The position numbers and the translations under genes are program-made. A stretch of 64,000 nucleotides of DNA. It comes from a virus. Location: the IMG/VR virus record IMGVR_UViG_3300024999_000086, positions 1-64,000 of that record, one strand, 5' to 3'. Below are positions 47,232-58,091 of the stretch, piece after piece. Numbering within the stretch: position 1 is the stretch's first letter; every line of letters starts with the position of its first letter. Below the pieces are notes generated by a model. It made no database searches. It was not told the origin of the DNA and saw only the letters and a list, made by a program, of their open reading frames with translations.

Positions 47232-48395
47232 TCATCCTGCCACCTCCTCAATCTCCACAAATTCAACCACTCTTGGACCCTGCAAACATTTTGCTTCCCA
47301 CTGAAAGTCGGGCCCGACGTTGACGTCGACGTTGCGGTCCTGAAGGAACTGCATAGTGGCATCATACGATATCTTGTGCGCTCTGGCAAATTCCAGCAAG
47401 GCGCCGAGCAGCAGTTGGGTATTTTTTCGTTCGACTACCGGCCCGGACGACAGATACTCCGTCCGCTTGTTCCTCCGTAACAACCTCGCTGTCTGCAACC
47501 AGCTTGAAAATCCGGTTAAGGTCTCTTTAAAATCTTTCACTATTTTTCCTCCTCAATAAACTGGGCAACACTCTCGTCATACGGCGGCACAGAGACGTTC
47601 CAAGCCGCACAGAATTTCAGACTAATTTGGCTCAAAACATCTTCCACCTTTGTCTGGCAGATCTGGGAGTGCAAGGTTTTCTCCTCTGCCAAGATTCTTT
47701 CATAGTGATTCGTCGTCAGTATCAACCCGAACCACGTCCCCAAGCCGAACACGCCACAGATAGACAGGAACTTCAGCCACCACTTCATTGGTCGTCCTGA
47801 TACCTCTGAAGAAAATCACACACCCGAGCCCGGGCCGCCGGAGTCAATTGGCTGATGCAATCGCTGGGCAGATCATAGGCCCAAGATTCATCAAGGTAGT
47901 CTCTCAAATTGTCCAGAACAGCCCCAAACCACCACCCGTTAGGAAAGAAGTGTTCAATAAGATCCTGACAAACCGGGCAGACCTTATAATTCTGAGCGGT
48001 ACCGCCGCCGAAAACAACGTGCAAAGCATAACCCGAACCTTTCTCAATCGCAGACCCACACTCGAAGCACTTGTAGTCCTTGCCGGCGCGTTTGATATGT
48101 CTGACGCCCCAGTGGCAGTCCTCTGACTCTTCCATACAGCCGATAGCAGCACATGAGCAGTTCATTTGGGTTCCCTCATCACGACTCGAACTTCGTGAAT
48201 TGTAAGCTTATTCCTGTTATTCTTGTAGCAGTTTGAATAATAAGATTCATATCAGTATCAATCTGGGCCGGCGTTGGCTTGTTGAAGCCATAGCTTTTCA
48301 TACACCAGTCAGAGGGTTCCCCACCAATCTTCCCCATCAACACCCACTCGAAACCGCCACGGGCATAGTTATTTTCACGCCTCTTCAAATACATC
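47232..48395 (-). CDS. Small hypothetical genes (47232-47540, 47540-47788, 47785-48165, 48179-~48395)
   Basis: Coupled ORFs; one TM protein, one CxxC protein. Confidence 0.55.
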
Positions 48396-48455
48396 GAAAT
48401 TGTTTTCACTCTCTGAGCCTCCTTTTTATAGATTGTAACACAAATAACATTTCTA

Positions 48456-49874
48456 TTACAAGAGAAAATCCTGCAACGACTTCTTGTCGCCGATGACCTC
48501 GGACAGAACTTTGTCCTTGACAATCAGATTGTAGTAGATCCTTTCCTGGATCGTGCCGGCGGCCAGGAATATGGTCACGAACTGGTTCCTGGCCTGGCCA
48601 CTCCGGTGAACCCGCCCTACTGCCTGTTTAAACGTCGGCGGATCGGGCGGGATCTCGACAAAGATCTCGTGCCGGGCATGCTGTAAGTTCAACCCGATCC
48701 CCCCCGACTTGCAGTGCGCGACCATTCTGTTGACGTCGGCCTTAAAAGCGTCCTCGCTCTTGTTCTTTTGCACTTGCGAGAAATCGCTCCAGAGCCCAAC
48801 CGCGGTCTTGCCCAGGTGCTTGAGAATCCTCCTGTTCGTATCAACAAAGTGGGCGTAGATGATGATCTTCTCCTCAGCCCCAAGTTCCTCAAGACGTTCA
48901 TCAAGCATCTCCAAGTACATCGGCGGAAACTCGGCGCCGAACATTTCAGGGTTCGTCACCATCTGCTGCAGCCGGGTAAACAGCGAATCAATTTCCTTCC
49001 CGTTCCTGGCGGCATAGGCCGGGAACTCGGAGACCGCGGTCTTGGTCATCTTGTTGTACAGCCGCAGATGCTTGGGGTCCAGGTCATACTTGATCGGGAT
49101 GTAGGTGATTGCCGGGATGTCCAGCAACTCGTCGGCGTTGGCGTCGAACCTCCGCAACTTGAAGTTCTCTTCCAGCAGGTCAAGGTTCTTAAATGCCTTA
49201 GGCTTCTTGTACTGGTCGAACTTCAGCACGTGAAGACGGTTGAACTGCTCCTCAGTCTTGTAGACGATCGGCGTCAACGTCTTGATGTAGCCATACGCCT
49301 GCGCCGGATTCGACACCGGTGTCGCGTTCAACAGCGTGAACGGTTTCACAGGGTCAATATCAAGCGGCCCGAGGGCGTTCAATTGCTTGACCGTTTCCAC
49401 GTTGTAAAGAAGCTGCCGCAATCTCTTATACGTCTGAGACTTTGGGCTCCGGAGACTGACCTCGTCACAGATCACAAACACTTTACGGTCCTTGACCTGA
49501 TGATAGATCTTATCAAAGTCCTTGAGAAATATCTGGTATCCCATTATAATAACCGACTCGGTCAAGTCCATCTTGGCCCGCTCCCCCGGGCTGCCTTGAT
49601 AGGCACAGACCGAGGGGATCCCGTCGAACTCTTGAATAAACTCATACCATTGCCTGATCAGTGTCGGCGGGCACAAGATCAGGATCTGGCAGACGTCAGT
49701 GTTGATCGTCGAGCCCAAGGCCAAGAACCACGACACGATTGTCTTCCCGGTCCCAACGTCCATCTTCAAGAGCGACATCAGGTCCTTGCTGGCGTCGAAA
49801 ATAACCTGACGTTGGAAGGGGTATGGTTCATAACGTGAAGGGAATAACGACCTCACCGTGTTGATGATGTCCAT
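48456..49874 (-). CDS. SNF2-like SF2 helicase
   Basis: GTGKT, ICDE, NATP, GGIGLNLQ, QAVGRVHRSGQ. Confidence 0.9.
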   Translation of the reverse strand: MDIINTVRSLFPSRYEPYPFQRQVIFDASKDLMSLLKMDVGTGKTIVSWFLALGSTINTDVCQILILCPPTLIRQWYEFIQEFDGIPSVCAYQGSPGERAKMDLTESVIIMGYQIFLKDFDKIYHQVKDRKVFVICDEVSLRSPKSQTYKRLRQLLYNVETVKQLNALGPLDIDPVKPFTLLNATPVSNPAQAYGYIKTLTPIVYKTEEQFNRLHVLKFDQYKKPKAFKNLDLLEENFKLRRFDANADELLDIPAITYIPIKYDLDPKHLRLYNKMTKTAVSEFPAYAARNGKEIDSLFTRLQQMVTNPEMFGAEFPPMYLEMLDERLEELGAEEKIIIYAHFVDTNRRILKHLGKTAVGLWSDFSQVQKNKSEDAFKADVNRMVAHCKSGGIGLNLQHARHEIFVEIPPDPPTFKQAVGRVHRSGQARNQFVTIFLAAGTIQERIYYNLIVKDKVLSEVIGDKKSLQDFLL

Positions 49875-49880
49875 ATCAAA

Positions 49881-50429
49881 TCACTTAAAGATTACTTCAT
49901 TCAGTGTCTTCACCTGCACCATCGGCAGCAGCTGCCCCGAAGTTTCTAACAGACCTTTAAGAAAGATTTCACTCTCAGGCCAGGCCTCCAGAAGCTGCTT
50001 TGTTGTATTCACCGAGTTCAAGAGCGCCCTAACCTCCTTGGCCAGTTTGTTTTTCTCGGCTAGTAGATCATATTCTCTGTTCTGCTGGGCATCCCACTGT
50101 ACCGTGAGTTTATGATCAGCAGCCAGCTTTGTTTTTGATTCCATGTCCTTATACAAGAACAGTCGAGGCACACTCATGGCCAGGCTGGCATGCCTCCCAC
50201 CAAAATACATATAGATAGCCTCCTTATTTGAGAAAGCCCGGTTGTTTGTCTGCAACTGCAATTCTTGGATCATACCAAGCTCTTTCTTGGTGTAACGGAA
50301 AGCATAACAGGCGTCAGCCAGTGCCATCTTTTGTTTCTTCAGTTCCTCCAGACGTTCACCAAATACTTTGGCCAAAATTCTTTCAACGATTGTGTCCTTC
50401 ATACTGTTTGTAAGCTTCTGTGATTTCAT
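49881..50429 (-). CDS. Nmad5-like protein
   Basis: KLTNSMKD.I N-terminus; LNSVNTTKQLLEAWPE C-terminal motif. Confidence 0.7.
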   Translation of the reverse strand: MKSQKLTNSMKDTIVERILAKVFGERLEELKKQKMALADACYAFRYTKKELGMIQELQLQTNNRAFSNKEAIYMYFGGRHASLAMSVPRLFLYKDMESKTKLAADHKLTVQWDAQQNREYDLLAEKNKLAKEVRALLNSVNTTKQLLEAWPESEIFLKGLLETSGQLLPMVQVKTLNEVIFK

Positions 50430-50595
50430 TTTTTGATCTCCTGCAATTTTTGTTTATCCACACACTCAAACCAAAAGAGGCCCCGGACGAGTGTTCCGCC
50501 CTGCCGCTCACAGCTGGAATAAGCTAGCCAAACGACCGTAGCAAATATTATCACCACCCAAAGCGACCCAACGACATAAAACCAGTTAGTCCTGC

Positions 50596-51919
50596 TCATT
50601 CCTCCCCCTCCCGGACGTGGGCCTCAAGTTTCTCAAACGCCCGGGTAGCATCGTCACCAAACATCTGGTGAAAATCAGCCAAGCCCAGGCAGTAAACATA
50701 ACCTGTATTTTTGAACGCCGGCTTCGACCGATGCCTGAGCAGCAGGCCGGCAGACAGGCCGACGTCAAGGACGTGGCCGGCGTCACTCTCCTTGAGGATC
50801 TTGGTGACCATACATTCGCTGGGCACCATCGCGAAAACATCGTAACCGCAAAGCTGCTCAGGAATATAAGAAACCTGGCACGTCTTGCCGGTCTTCAAGT
50901 CCAGAAAGTCCAGGACCACGTCCTTATTGACGATGTCGATACCGGTGACCCTGAGGTTCGTCAGGATGTTGGGGACCTTGCTCCCGGAGAGGACGTTGTA
51001 CACGACCAAGAGCTTGCCGTGGAACACTCTGACTATCGAGAGATCGCCAAACTGCTCGAAACGGCGTTGCTCATCGAAGCTCATCTGCTCCGCGTAATAG
51101 TTACTGATTTCGTTTCGTTCCAAAAACTTTGTCATTTGATTCTCCTGTCGTAAACTTCGACGTCAACGTTGCCGTTAGGCCAACGGTTAATATAATAGGT
51201 TTTGAGCGTCCTGCCCGCGGTGTCCTTGATGTCGACCGTAGACCGGTCCGCGGTCACGCTGTGGAAATTTTCCCACTCACCTCTCAGCATGTAACAGAGT
51301 TCAGTCTCATATGTGAGCGTCCCAGGCGGGCCACAACAGCCGGCGGGCAGCAGAAGTATAGTCAGCCACAAATACTTCGTCATCCCCCCACCTCCGCAGG
51401 ATCCTTGAAATCCTTATGATACGGATTCATCTTGAGCAGGAACGATTCCTCACCCTGCTCCAACAGCGATCCGAACCTGCCTTGGATCACGTTACCTTCT
51501 CTGGATAGAGATCCACGCTGATATTTTTTCCACTGCAACGTCCGCGCCAGGACAACGTCAAGGACAAGGTCGACGTCGCCGTACCAATATTCTGTGATTC
51601 CGAGTCCCGGAAGGTCTTCAGGGTGACTCCGAAAAAACTCCAGCATCTGGATCGGGCTCAACTCCGAGCAGAGCCTATCCACGGTCCTGCCGCCAACCGT
51701 CTGCGTCAGCGTCTTTTCGTACAGATGATCTTTGTCGATCGTGAAGAACCTCGACTTGCCATCGGCCCCAGGTTCAAACTGGAATGGCACCAGACACGCC
51801 CGGGTAATAAGGTTGAATAACACAGGGGACCTGCTGAAGTATGTGCTGTAGATCCCGACCTTGACCCCGTTGACGGTCGCGTCGTAGTCCTCAAGTGGTT
51901 GGGCTGTCGCAAAAATCAT
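50596..51919 (-). CDS. Hypothetical genes (50596-51135, 51132-51383 lipoprotein-like, 51380-51919)
   Basis: Coupled ORFs with RBS. Confidence 0.6.
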
Positions 51920-51929
51920 GCTGTTTCTC

Positions 51930-52265
51930 CTATTTACTTCGTTTCAGGTGAGGCGGAAGGTCCTTGACGACCTCGACGTCAGGCCAGCCATAGGCTCTCT
52001 TGTAATCCTTGACCAAGAAGTCCTCCGGAGGAACCGGGCCTGTGACCAGTTTATTCCTGGGAAACTTAACCCACTCATCTTTCTTGGCGCCAAAGATGAA
52101 CGGAATCAACGCCGCCATCAATTGCCCATTCTGATTCTGTTGTGGCACCACCCGGGCAGCGTTCTTGATCATGATGTAGTCCTCGTCGTAATACACGACC
52201 TCGGCGATAACGCTGACGTAGCCGTCAACAAGAAGCAACTGAATTTATGCAACTTTTTCTGTCAT
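51930..52265 (-). pseudogene. Small beta-rich (Sm-like?) gene with in-frame TAA at codon 7
   Basis: AGGAG RBS + ATG ACA GAA AAA GTT GCA TAA, then open frame to 51930. Confidence 0.55.
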
Positions 52266-52285
52266 ACTGGTTCTCCTCTTGAATT

Positions 52286-52867
52286 TTAATGTAAATCAAA
52301 AACGACGTCATAACCAAGGTCAACGATATCCCAACATTTGTAGCACTCGTCACACCGGCCCGGGCATTTGAAGTAAAAATTCGGTTTCCGCTTGTCGCTC
52401 GACAGCCAAGCTCTGGGAAAATCCTCAAACCCTTTTGGGTTCCGGAGCCCGGGCCACATCGACAAGATGACCGCCAGATTCTCCGGCGGCGGCTGATCCG
52501 GAAGTAGATCCCAACGTTTTGTGAACATCATGAACTTGACGTCGGGGAAAATCTTGGCGATCTGATAAACCAAGACAGCGTAAAGAGTGCTCGGCGTATC
52601 CCCGCTGACATGCCACCGAAAATGGGTGGGTTTGTTTTCCGCCAGCCACTCACTCACTTGGGTAAAGAACTCTGCCTCACCAGAGAGTTCCAAAAAATCC
52701 AAGTTCTCCGTCCAGGCCTTCCTGGTCTGCGGATACAGCCTCATCGCCTTCTGCGCGTAGCACTGCTTGGCGCAGGGCACCCTCGGCCGGCAGGTCGTCA
52801 CCGGTGGCAGGCTGATGTTCGGGATCTTGCCCAACTTCATGTTTCCTTTTGAGATGTGCAGCCTCAT
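52286..52867 (-). CDS. Gp88-like (radical-SAM-related) protein
   Basis: GN.KLG...SLPP..TC....C...CYA.K, FRWHVSGD, FTKR, C..C..C. Confidence 0.75.
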   Translation of the reverse strand: MRLHISKGNMKLGKIPNISLPPVTTCRPRVPCAKQCYAQKAMRLYPQTRKAWTENLDFLELSGEAEFFTQVSEWLAENKPTHFRWHVSGDTPSTLYAVLVYQIAKIFPDVKFMMFTKRWDLLPDQPPPENLAVILSMWPGLRNPKGFEDFPRAWLSSDKRKPNFYFKCPGRCDECYKCWDIVDLGYDVVFDLH

Positions 52868-54405
52868 TCTTCCAACCTCCACTGATGGCATGAGTCTGGA
52901 ACAAAGCACATAGCAACTCGGATATCATAGCCACTCTCCATGCCTCTGCCTGACTCCATCATGTTGTGGACTACTTCCTCGTAGGCTTTGACAAGCCAGC
53001 CCCCGGGCACCCGGGCTCTCTGATGATAGTCGTCAATCTGTTCCCACTCCAATTTCATTTCTGGTTCTCCTCATAACATTCTGTTTCGGGATTCCAAGAG
53101 AACCCCAGTTTTGCTGCTTCCTCCGCCTCAAGATCATCCAGCGTCGCAATCACGTCAGCCTTCAACTCAGCCAGGACAAGGTCGACGTCTTCGTCGGGCA
53201 CGACCTCGACCTTCATCCAGAATTCAGGGCCGATAATAACGTAGGGTTTGAGGCGCACGGAGCGCTTCATCCCCAGGGCCATCTCGAGGATCTTCACAGC
53301 AGCGTACTCTCAAGCTTGGCGTCAAGGCTGGCAGCAAACTTGGTCAAGGCCCTGCCCCGAGTGAAGGCCTTCGTGACAGCCTCTCTGACGGCGTCTTCCC
53401 GAGTTCTGCCGACGCCAGAGATCGACAGCCCCAAGTAGGCCAAGAGCGGCGGATTAAGCCGGCACTGGAAGGCGCCTTTCGCCACCCAAATCAACCCGAC
53501 GTACTCGCCGTTAACGAGCACGGCGTGATGCGACATCGCTTTGTCGCCAGGGATTTTTTCAAAGGTTAGCATGACGGTGTTCCTCCACTGCTTTTTCCAC
53601 GAAGTCCGCCGCGGCATTCAGCAGCCGAGCATTCTCCCTCGCGTTGATTACTGCCTTGATTATTGCAGTCATCGGCGTGTTCCCCACCCCGTTCAGCGAC
53701 ATCGCGCTCAACCGCAAGTTCTTGGGCACCAACTGACACTGGTACCCGAGAGACATCCGCCAGACCTCGCCGACGACGTCGCCGTCGATAACAATCTGCT
53801 GTCTTGGGGCCTTCGGGGGGCCTTCTTCCTTGATCTCGATCATGTTCTGGACCTCCTGTTTGATGTTGCTATTTTTCCTGGATCAGCTTTCCGAGGTCAA
53901 TGTTCTTCAACATCGATGCTGACAGGCTCGCCTTCAGTTTCTCATTGAGTGCCCCCTTGAGTCTCACGTCAAAGTCAGCCTGCGTTTTTTGAACAAAGTC
54001 TTTTGTATAGGCCTCGATGCGGGAGTCAATAAGCCAATCCAGCTTGGGCTTGGCGTTATAGGGGCAGGGGGTAGTCTTGACGACCTTACCGGAAGAGTCA
54101 ACACGCTCGTTCAGAAATCGGTCCAACCTGGCCTTGAGCATGTCCTTGATCGTGTCGTGGGATTCCACCGGGTCACCGTACTTGTCAGTAATCGTCACGC
54201 GCTTCTCCATAAAATCCGTCCACAAGCTGTCAATCAAGACGTCAACCCGCTGATTGATCTCTTCAGCAGCCCGGGTTTCGATCTGAGCAGCGACGTCTTT
54301 CTTCACTGTGTTGATCACTCCGGAAACAACGGCTTCACGGATTGTATCGTCAATACTGCCATCTTCACGAAGCCAATCGATGTCTACTTTGATATCAATT
54401 ATCAC
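52864..54405 (-). CDS. Small hypothetical genes incl. tandem paralog pair (53294-53572, 53559-53843) and 53869-54405
   Basis: Coupled ORFs; the pair shares VG..W....QC.L.P...GVG.T. Confidence 0.6.
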
Positions 54406-54436
54406 TGTCTGATTCTCCTTTTGACGTTGACGTTAT

Positions 54437-54540
54437 TGGTGGGGCGAGCAGGATTCGAACCTGCGTAGAGGGTTTAACGTGGATTTTGATCTGCAGTCAT
54501 CCCCCTGCCACGAACGCGGCTACCATTACGCCACCGCCCC
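54437..54540 (-). ncRNA. Atypical tRNA-like RNA (104 nt) with CCA end and expanded anticodon region
   Basis: GGGGCGG/TCGCCCC-A-CCA acceptor, D arm GCG/CGC with TGGTA, T arm GCAGG-TTCGAAT-CCTGC; ~50 nt between D and T arms. Confidence 0.75.
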
Positions 54541-54551
54541 ACACGTTTCAG

Positions 54552-54902
54552 CTATTTCTTGGGTTCCCTCAAGCTGTAGTACTGGGAAACACCGGACAGC
54601 TCCACGGCGCCTTTCGATTCCAGAGCCGTGACCAAAGCCGCACCGCCGAACTCCTTGATCTTGCCGAAGGCAATCGTCGCCCGGGCGATGAATTCATCCT
54701 TGCCCATCTCGTCGACGACGGCGTTCTTGTCGACGACTTTCCAGTTCTCGCGCTCGTTGAAGATGAGGGTCCCGTACTTGGTCTCGACCTTGCCCGGAGT
54801 GCCGTGATCCTTGATGCACTTGGCCTGGGCCGTGGCAGCTTGCTCTTCCAGTTTCTTGATCTCGACTTTGATTCTGGCCAAATCGGCAAAGCATCTGTTC
54901 AT
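54552..54902 (-). CDS. Hypothetical protein
   Basis: AGGAG RBS; first gene after promoter. Confidence 0.7.
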   Translation of the reverse strand: MNRCFADLARIKVEIKKLEEQAATAQAKCIKDHGTPGKVETKYGTLIFNERENWKVVDKNAVVDEMGKDEFIARATIAFGKIKEFGGAALVTALESKGAVELSGVSQYYSLREPKK

Positions 54903-54941
54903 AGTGATTCTCCTGTTAATAGTGATTTACTTTCTACGTTG

Positions 54942-54970
54942 ATGTTACTGTCTTGTTACCTTCTTGTCAA
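54942..54970 (-). promoter_or_regulatory. Sigma70-like promoter
   Basis: TTGACA-17-TAACAT. Confidence 0.65.
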
Positions 54971-56720
54971 CTGTTTCTGTCTATCTCTTCACTTGAATAA
55001 GGTTCAATCTCAGCACCACACCGAGGGCACCTGTCATTGCACATGCAATCCCACTCACCCTCCCATTCAGTGACACACTTCGGGCACCGATAATAATTCC
55101 GATACCACTCAGACCCCTCAGAATTCATGATCATGTTCGACACCCAGTGCCAATAGCCGGCCCGAGTATCATTGTTATTCACCTCGTACTGCCAGTCACA
55201 AAGCGGAAACTGCGGATGCTCTCCCCAATTCCCATACTCGGTGATCAGGTCCTGCTCAGAAACAAATTCTCCCACGTCACACCTCCTTCATTTATCTCGC
55301 CAGACCCGGATGCCACCATCTACTTTACGGGAACTGAATCTTTTCGGAGCATGCCTCTTGGTAGCCGCCGCGGTTGCCCCTCTAATGCCTTTGAACTCCT
55401 CGCCTGTGGGTACAAAAAACGAGTCACCAATCTTCATTGCTTTCCAAGGGTACTTATCAGGTCGGCCACGTCCCCGACCTCTCTCAGGTTTAGTGACCCC
55501 TTTATCAATTTTAAACATCTCAAACCTCCCCAAAAAATTTGTTGATATGCCAGCCAATAAAGACCCCTGCGACAGTGTCGACCAGGTCCTTATCCCCGGT
55601 GATCTTGTCAATTGCTTGTTTAGCCGCTTCCTTCGGGGACTGGGCCTGGACGCAGAACGTCAACGGCCCCTTAACCCTGTGCATCAAGACGACTGTGAAT
55701 TTTTGGTTCATCAGACCTCCTATTTAAAGTTAATCTTGATAACAACGTCGCCGTTGACGTCAACGGAGACGACACCCTCGGGCCCGGTAGCAACTTGGAT
55801 CTTGTCCCGGTATTCCTGCGCAGAAATAATCTTTTTGAGGTCAAAGATCATCTTCGCCATTCGTTTCCGTGAATCCCTCAACCGAGAAACTTCCGACCGA
55901 AGATCCCGGGCTTCCTGCCGGGCCTGCTCCAGATTAAATTCAGTAATAGCTAGGGACTCGTCCCGCTCCTCCTTGTAGATCTCGGCCAGGTTCCGGGCCT
56001 CGTCCAGGTCCGTTTCGTATTGCGAACATGCCTCCTGCAGCCGAGTCACGGACTCCTGCAGGAAACGGTTCTTGTTCTCAAGGTCCTGGACCCTGTGATA
56101 CAGCCCAAGCTCGTTTTCATATCCCACGAAGAAGTGGCCGTGGACGATCTTGTCTCCGGTTTTGACGCCCTCGGTCGAGTACAGCGCCGGAATCGATTTC
56201 AAATCTTTTTTCGTCGGTTTTGCCCACATAGCTGATCTCCTTTATGTTGTTGATTTTACCTGATTATTTTCACTTTCCCGCGATAACCCATCGCCCGGCA
56301 AATGGCCTTGAACGCAGCTTCCACCGCGGAATCCCCGACGCCATGGATACTGCACTTCTTGTTCATGTTGACCTTTTTCTCCTCACCGTTGGTGTAAGGA
56401 GTACCGTACAGCTCCACGCCGGCCGACCTCAGAGCCATTCCGACTGCCGCACTGACTCTGTGGTACCCGTAGCCACCAGCCTGGCCCGACCCTGACAACG
56501 ACAACCAGTCATCCTTGACCTTGCCGTGGATCCAGACGTTGCAGTAGACCGTACTTGAATTTAAACTCCGACCCATATAACAAGTGGCTGACACCGGGTT
56601 GTGGATCTCGCCGTCTTTACAGACCACGGCGTTGAACGAGGCCACGACCTCTTTCTTGTCGTAACCAGGCTTCACATTATGAAGTTCTTTGGCTGTGAAT
56701 TTTGCTTTCATTGTGTGCAT
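54967..56720 (-). CDS. Early small genes (54967-55275 Zn-ribbon fusion, 55288-55518 basic DNA-binding-like, 55520-55711, 55720-56229, 56256-56720)
   Basis: Co-oriented ORFs with strong RBS. Confidence 0.6.
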
Positions 56721-56746
56721 CGCTGACCTCCTCTAAGTTTCTGATT

Positions 56747-56830
56747 TTAATACGGATTGTCCCAATTTTCATAGGCCCACTCGCTGATCTCACCGTCCTT
56801 ACACAACCCGTCCGTATAATCGTTCCAAGC
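56747..56830 (-). pseudogene. Orphan 3' gene fragment abutting the TnpB right end (guide source)
   Basis: In-frame AWNDYTDGLCKDGEISEWAYENWDNPY* with no start codon or RBS. Confidence 0.55.
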
Positions 56831-56872
56831 TTGAACCTCCCCACCAGCAACCTTGGGGATTCCGGACGAGAC

Positions 56873-57928
56873 TCATATTTGACACAAGCCTCTTTCGAGG
56901 GCCGTCCCAGCCCCAAAATTGAGTACGTTGATCGCAGCATTCTGATCACGATCATGCAGAGATCCACACTCTTGACATACCCAATTTCTTACCGACAGTC
57001 CTGCCCAACCTGTAGGTCCTGACAGGCACCCACAATTTGAACAGATCCTGGTGGAATTTTTGCTAGCAGGCTCGTCATACTGCGTACCGCCGATATGGCT
57101 ACTCTTGTAAGCAAGCATTGCACGAAGCTGCCCGTGACCTGAACTTGTCACGCTTTTTCCAAATTTCTTAGCAATCCCTTTAATGTTATCTTTGCTGAAA
57201 CGGATCACAGTATTTTCAGCAACAAGTTTCCTGGAAAGTTTGTGATTCCGGTCTTTCCGTTGATTGGCAATTCGTTCATGGATTCTTGCCACGAGTTTCT
57301 TATCCTTCCCCCGCTGCGCTTGTGCCAGTCGTTTTGCTGAAGCTTCCAGTTCTCTGGGGTGCTCAACTTTCTCCCCTGTTGAGAATGTCAAGAGGCTTTT
57401 AAACCCGGGGTCAATCCCGATTTTTCCAAAACCAACCCGCTCAATTTCTTTCGGGGCAGCATCAATAAAAAGACACAAATGCCACCCGCTTGCCCTTTTT
57501 ATGAGTCGCCCACATTTGATCCGCCCTTCGGGCAAGAACTGTTTGTGGAACCGGACCAAGCCCAGTACCGGCAACTTGACGTGGCTGCCCTCCGGGCATC
57601 GGATTGGATCAGGAAAAGGGATCGACACCAGCTTGTTTCTCTGTCCTTTGAGTTTAGGTCTGCCGCCCTGTTTTCTGAAACACCGCTGCCAAGCTGCATG
57701 AACAGTGGAAAGCACCCCCTGAATACAATGCCCTGGAACCCCAACTTTTTTGGCATGGCCTGCCAAAAGATTCTGGAAATTCATGGGTGAATGATAAATC
57801 TTATCATCAGCATCTAGTTGGATCTTTCGCACTGCCCAGTTATAGACCCCGGTCAAGTGCCAGAGCCATTCGTCAAGTCTTTTTTCAAGCTTTACGTTTG
57901 GCCTGAGTTTGAGTTGTACTTGAATCAC
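56873..57928 (-). CDS. tnpB: TnpB RNA-guided endonuclease-family protein
   Basis: AGGAG RBS + GTG; GIDPG (RuvC-I), CSNC..CQECG Zn finger, HDRDQNAA (RuvC-III); RuvC-II Glu apparently absent. Confidence 0.9.
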   Translation of the reverse strand: MIQVQLKLRPNVKLEKRLDEWLWHLTGVYNWAVRKIQLDADDKIYHSPMNFQNLLAGHAKKVGVPGHCIQGVLSTVHAAWQRCFRKQGGRPKLKGQRNKLVSIPFPDPIRCPEGSHVKLPVLGLVRFHKQFLPEGRIKCGRLIKRASGWHLCLFIDAAPKEIERVGFGKIGIDPGFKSLLTFSTGEKVEHPRELEASAKRLAQAQRGKDKKLVARIHERIANQRKDRNHKLSRKLVAENTVIRFSKDNIKGIAKKFGKSVTSSGHGQLRAMLAYKSSHIGGTQYDEPASKNSTRICSNCGCLSGPTGWAGLSVRNWVCQECGSLHDRDQNAAINVLNFGAGTALERGLCQI

Positions 57929-58055
57929 GCTTCCGCTCCTTGTCCCAGTAGGCACTCTTGCATTTTGGACAGATGCGGACATCCAGTTTCCGGGGAAACC
58001 ACCTGTGTCCACACCTCTTGCAAGTCAATTTTAAATCCTCAGTTATCATACTCAT
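57885..58055 (-). CDS. Zinc-ribbon protein (56 aa, not in track)
   Basis: CKRCGHRWFPRKLDVRICPKCKSAYW; preceded by TTGACT-17-TACTTT. Confidence 0.7.
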   Translation of the reverse strand: MSMITEDLKLTCKRCGHRWFPRKLDVRICPKCKSAYWDKERKRDSSTTQTQAKRKA

Positions 58056-58091
58056 AAAGTATCACCTATTAAGTAAGAAGTCAAGAATATT

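Larger units (their letters stand above)
56831..58090 (-). mobile_element. IS200/IS605-derived TnpB cassette without tnpA
   Basis: Right end GGAATCCCC...GTGGGGAGGTTCAA (ends 56831); tnpB plus upstream Zn-ribbon gene and promoter; left end not defined. Confidence 0.75.

Noticed and set aside
37324-49874. Inteins or introns in polymerase, primase or helicase
   Set aside because: No intein splice-junction or LAGLIDADG motifs seen; the HNH genes are free-standing between intact ORFs.
54437-54540. tmRNA or a standard tRNA-Cys/Leu
   Set aside because: No G3-U70 pair or tag ORF, too short for tmRNA, and no canonical 5-bp anticodon stem at the expected position.
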